From an uncultured delta proteobacterium (lineage in GTDB: Bacteria > Myxococcota_A > Polyangia > Palsa-1104): a stretch of 64,000 bases of DNA. Of this stretch, positions 62,018 through 64,000 are shown one piece after another. A program made the position numbers and the translations under genes. A model generated the notes under the pieces. The model had not been told where the DNA came from. It was given only the letters and a program-made list of their open reading frames with translations, and searched no databases. The number at the start of each line of letters is the position of its first letter. The stretch's first letter is position 1. The DNA is taken from assembly GCA_963785725.1 (NCBI GenBank), contig CAWAWS010000003.1:352001-416000 (forward strand), given 5' to 3'.

Positions 62018-63502
62018 ATGCGCCTCCTCATCGGCCTCGTTCTCGCCGTCGTTGGGTCGCCGCTGGCGCACGCGGCTCGCTTCGAGACCCACAAGCTCGC
62101 CGTCGACGGTGACGTCGTGTCGGTCGTCGCCGCCGATCTCGACGGCGACGGCAAGCGCGATCTCCTCGTCGCCTATCGTCGCGGCCTTCAGCCTACGGCC
62201 AAGCGCTTCTTCGCGGTCTTCTGGAATGGCGGCGGCGACTTCTCCGCGCGCCCCAATCTGGTGCTGCCCGTCGACGAGAGCGTGTGCGCTTTCGACGTCG
62301 CCGACGTCGACGGGCGCGCCGGCAGCGAGCTCCTCACCGTCGCGCACGACGGCGTCAGCGCGCGCTCGTTCGGCGGCCGTCGCGCCGCCGCGCCGGCCGC
62401 GCTGACGCACGACGCGACGCTGTTCGTGCGCGGTGACCAGAGCAGCCTGCCGCGCTTGCCCTTGGTGCAGGCCATCGCCTCGCCGCACAGCCACGAGCTC
62501 GTGGTCCCGCTCCTCGGCGGCCTCGCCATCTATCGCGCCGAGCACGGCGGCTTCGTCGAAGCGGCGCGTCTCGAGCTGGCGCTGCGCAACGAGATCACCG
62601 ACGGCCGCCGCGCCAGCTCGCGCGCTGCCGTCCCCGCCTTCAACCTCACCGTCGACTTTCCCGCCGTCGAGATCGGTGACACCGACGGCGACGGCCTCCG
62701 CGATCTCATCCTCGTCGACGAAGATCGCGTGACCGTCTTTCGTCAGCAGCCGGGGCTGACGTTCGCTCGCGCGGGAGCCGAACGCGACTTCGAGGTGCGC
62801 ACCGTCGCCGAGCGCAAAGACTCGTTCTCCACGGCCATCGTGCGGACCGCCGACCTCGACGGCGACGGGATCGTCGATCTCGTGCTGCAGAAGCAGGTCA
62901 CGCACGGCGTCACCTCGGCGGCCACGACCAACTACGTCTACCTCGGGCGGCGCGGCGGCGGCTGGGACGACCAACCGAACCAGATCCTGCGATCGGAGGG
63001 CCTCGGCGGCATCGGCCTCGAGCTGCTCGACGTCACCGGCGACGGACGTCCCGACCTCATCATGCCGACGGTGGTGATGGGTGTCTGGCAGATCGTGCGC
63101 ATCCTGACGAGCAAGACGGTCAAGGTCAACCTGCAGATTTTTCCGTTCGGGAGCGACCGCAAGTTCGCCGACAAGCCGAGCGCCGAGCGCGAGCTGCGCT
63201 TTCACATCGCGCTCTCGGGCGACGGCGATCTGCCGGCGTTCGATCTGCGCGGCGACTACAACGGCGATCGACGGCGCGACCTCGTGTTCGGCGACGAGGC
63301 TGACGACCTCGGCTTCTACCTCGGGCAGGACGGCGCGCGCGTGGGCAAGGACGCGGTCGAGCACGTCAACGTCAACGCCGCCGCCACCGTCGAGCCCGTC
63401 GATCTCGACGGCAAGGGGAAGGACGATCTGGTCCTGCACTATCCCAATACCAAGGGCCACCGCTCGGACGTGATCGTGCTCGTCAATCGCGGACCGTGGT
63501 GA
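62018..63502 (+). CDS. FG-GAP/VCBS repeat secreted protein
   Basis: Repeated D.DGDG..DL motifs; signal peptide. Confidence 0.9.
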   Translation: MRLLIGLVLAVVGSPLAHAARFETHKLAVDGDVVSVVAADLDGDGKRDLLVAYRRGLQPTAKRFFAVFWNGGGDFSARPNLVLPVDESVCAFDVADVDGRAGSELLTVAHDGVSARSFGGRRAAAPAALTHDATLFVRGDQSSLPRLPLVQAIASPHSHELVVPLLGGLAIYRAEHGGFVEAARLELALRNEITDGRRASSRAAVPAFNLTVDFPAVEIGDTDGDGLRDLILVDEDRVTVFRQQPGLTFARAGAERDFEVRTVAERKDSFSTAIVRTADLDGDGIVDLVLQKQVTHGVTSAATTNYVYLGRRGGGWDDQPNQILRSEGLGGIGLELLDVTGDGRPDLIMPTVVMGVWQIVRILTSKTVKVNLQIFPFGSDRKFADKPSAERELRFHIALSGDGDLPAFDLRGDYNGDRRRDLVFGDEADDLGFYLGQDGARVGKDAVEHVNVNAAATVEPVDLDGKGKDDLVLHYPNTKGHRSDVIVLVNRGPW

Positions 63503-63570
63503 AGGGCAAGCGCTACGGCAACGGCGGCTCGCTGCCGACGCTGTAGAAGGTCGTAGGGCTCGTCCTCCGG

Positions 63571-64000
63571 CTACTTGAGCGGCGCCGTCTCCGGCATGCC
63601 GCCGCTGGTGCCGCCGATGACGTCGAGCTGTCCGTGCACGAGGAGGGCGCTCTCGCCCTGGTGATTGAACTGCAGCGGCGGCGAGCTGGTCAGCGCGCCG
63701 GGCGCGCTGCTGACCGGATCGAGCGGCATCCGGTTGACGACGTTGGTGGGGCCGAGCCCGCTGCCGCCACCGAGCAAATAGAGCGAGCTGCCGAGCACGG
63801 CGCCGGCGCCGACGCCGCCCACCATGAACGAGTACGAGCCGTAGGTGACGAAGCTCGCGCTGAGGTCGCCGTTCCCGTCGAGCGTGGCCACGCTCATGGG
63901 CGGCGAGCCGTCGATGGCGTACAAGCTGTTGCCGAGGACCGCCAGATCGACGCCGCCGCCGCTGACCGCGGGCGCGCTGGTGACGACGAAGTTGCCGATC
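63571..64000 (-). CDS. Kelch-like repeat protein, 3' part (5' end outside window)
   Basis: LYAIDG, LYLLGG and L.VIGG blades; frame open to the window edge. Confidence 0.65.
   Translation of the reverse strand, partial: IGNFVVTSAPAVSGGGVDLAVLGNSLYAIDGSPPMSVATLDGNGDLSASFVTYGSYSFMVGGVGAGAVLGSSLYLLGGGSGLGPTNVVNRMPLDPVSSAPGALTSSPPLQFNHQGESALLVHGQLDVIGGTSGGMPETAPLK

Overview
High-GC chromosomal window from a probable Myxococcota (Polyangia-like) bacterium. Support for that assignment: a MYXO-CTERM tail, a myxobacterial-type Ser/Thr kinase-TPR protein, a vWA lipoprotein and DUF2378-like proteins. The window begins with the 5' ~1077 nt of a minus-strand 16S rRNA gene, preceded by tandem sigma70 promoters. 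About 50 CDS follow: many secreted or lipoprotein surface proteins (BNR, FN3, Ig-repeat/PQQ-like, FG-GAP, S53 protease, esterases), three regulator/oxidoreductase pairs (TetR, AraC, LysR), ada, fumC-malic enzyme, an RlhA-like U32 protein and an S9 peptidase. I found no tRNA, CRISPR array, transposase or phage gene. Six single-base +1 frameshifts in four genes are probably sequencing errors. Best leads: (i) a coupled pair of an AbiEii-type nucleotidyltransferase and a partner that is not AbiEi-like; (ii) two copies of a TPR-anchor plus lipoprotein module whose lipoproteins share an N-terminal domain but carry different C-terminal domains; (iii) a recurring D-[ML]-[ASTG] linker motif in exported proteins; (iv) a 225-bp multi-hairpin element; (v) widespread leaderless gene starts. 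All family calls come from motif recognition by eye, not from database searches.
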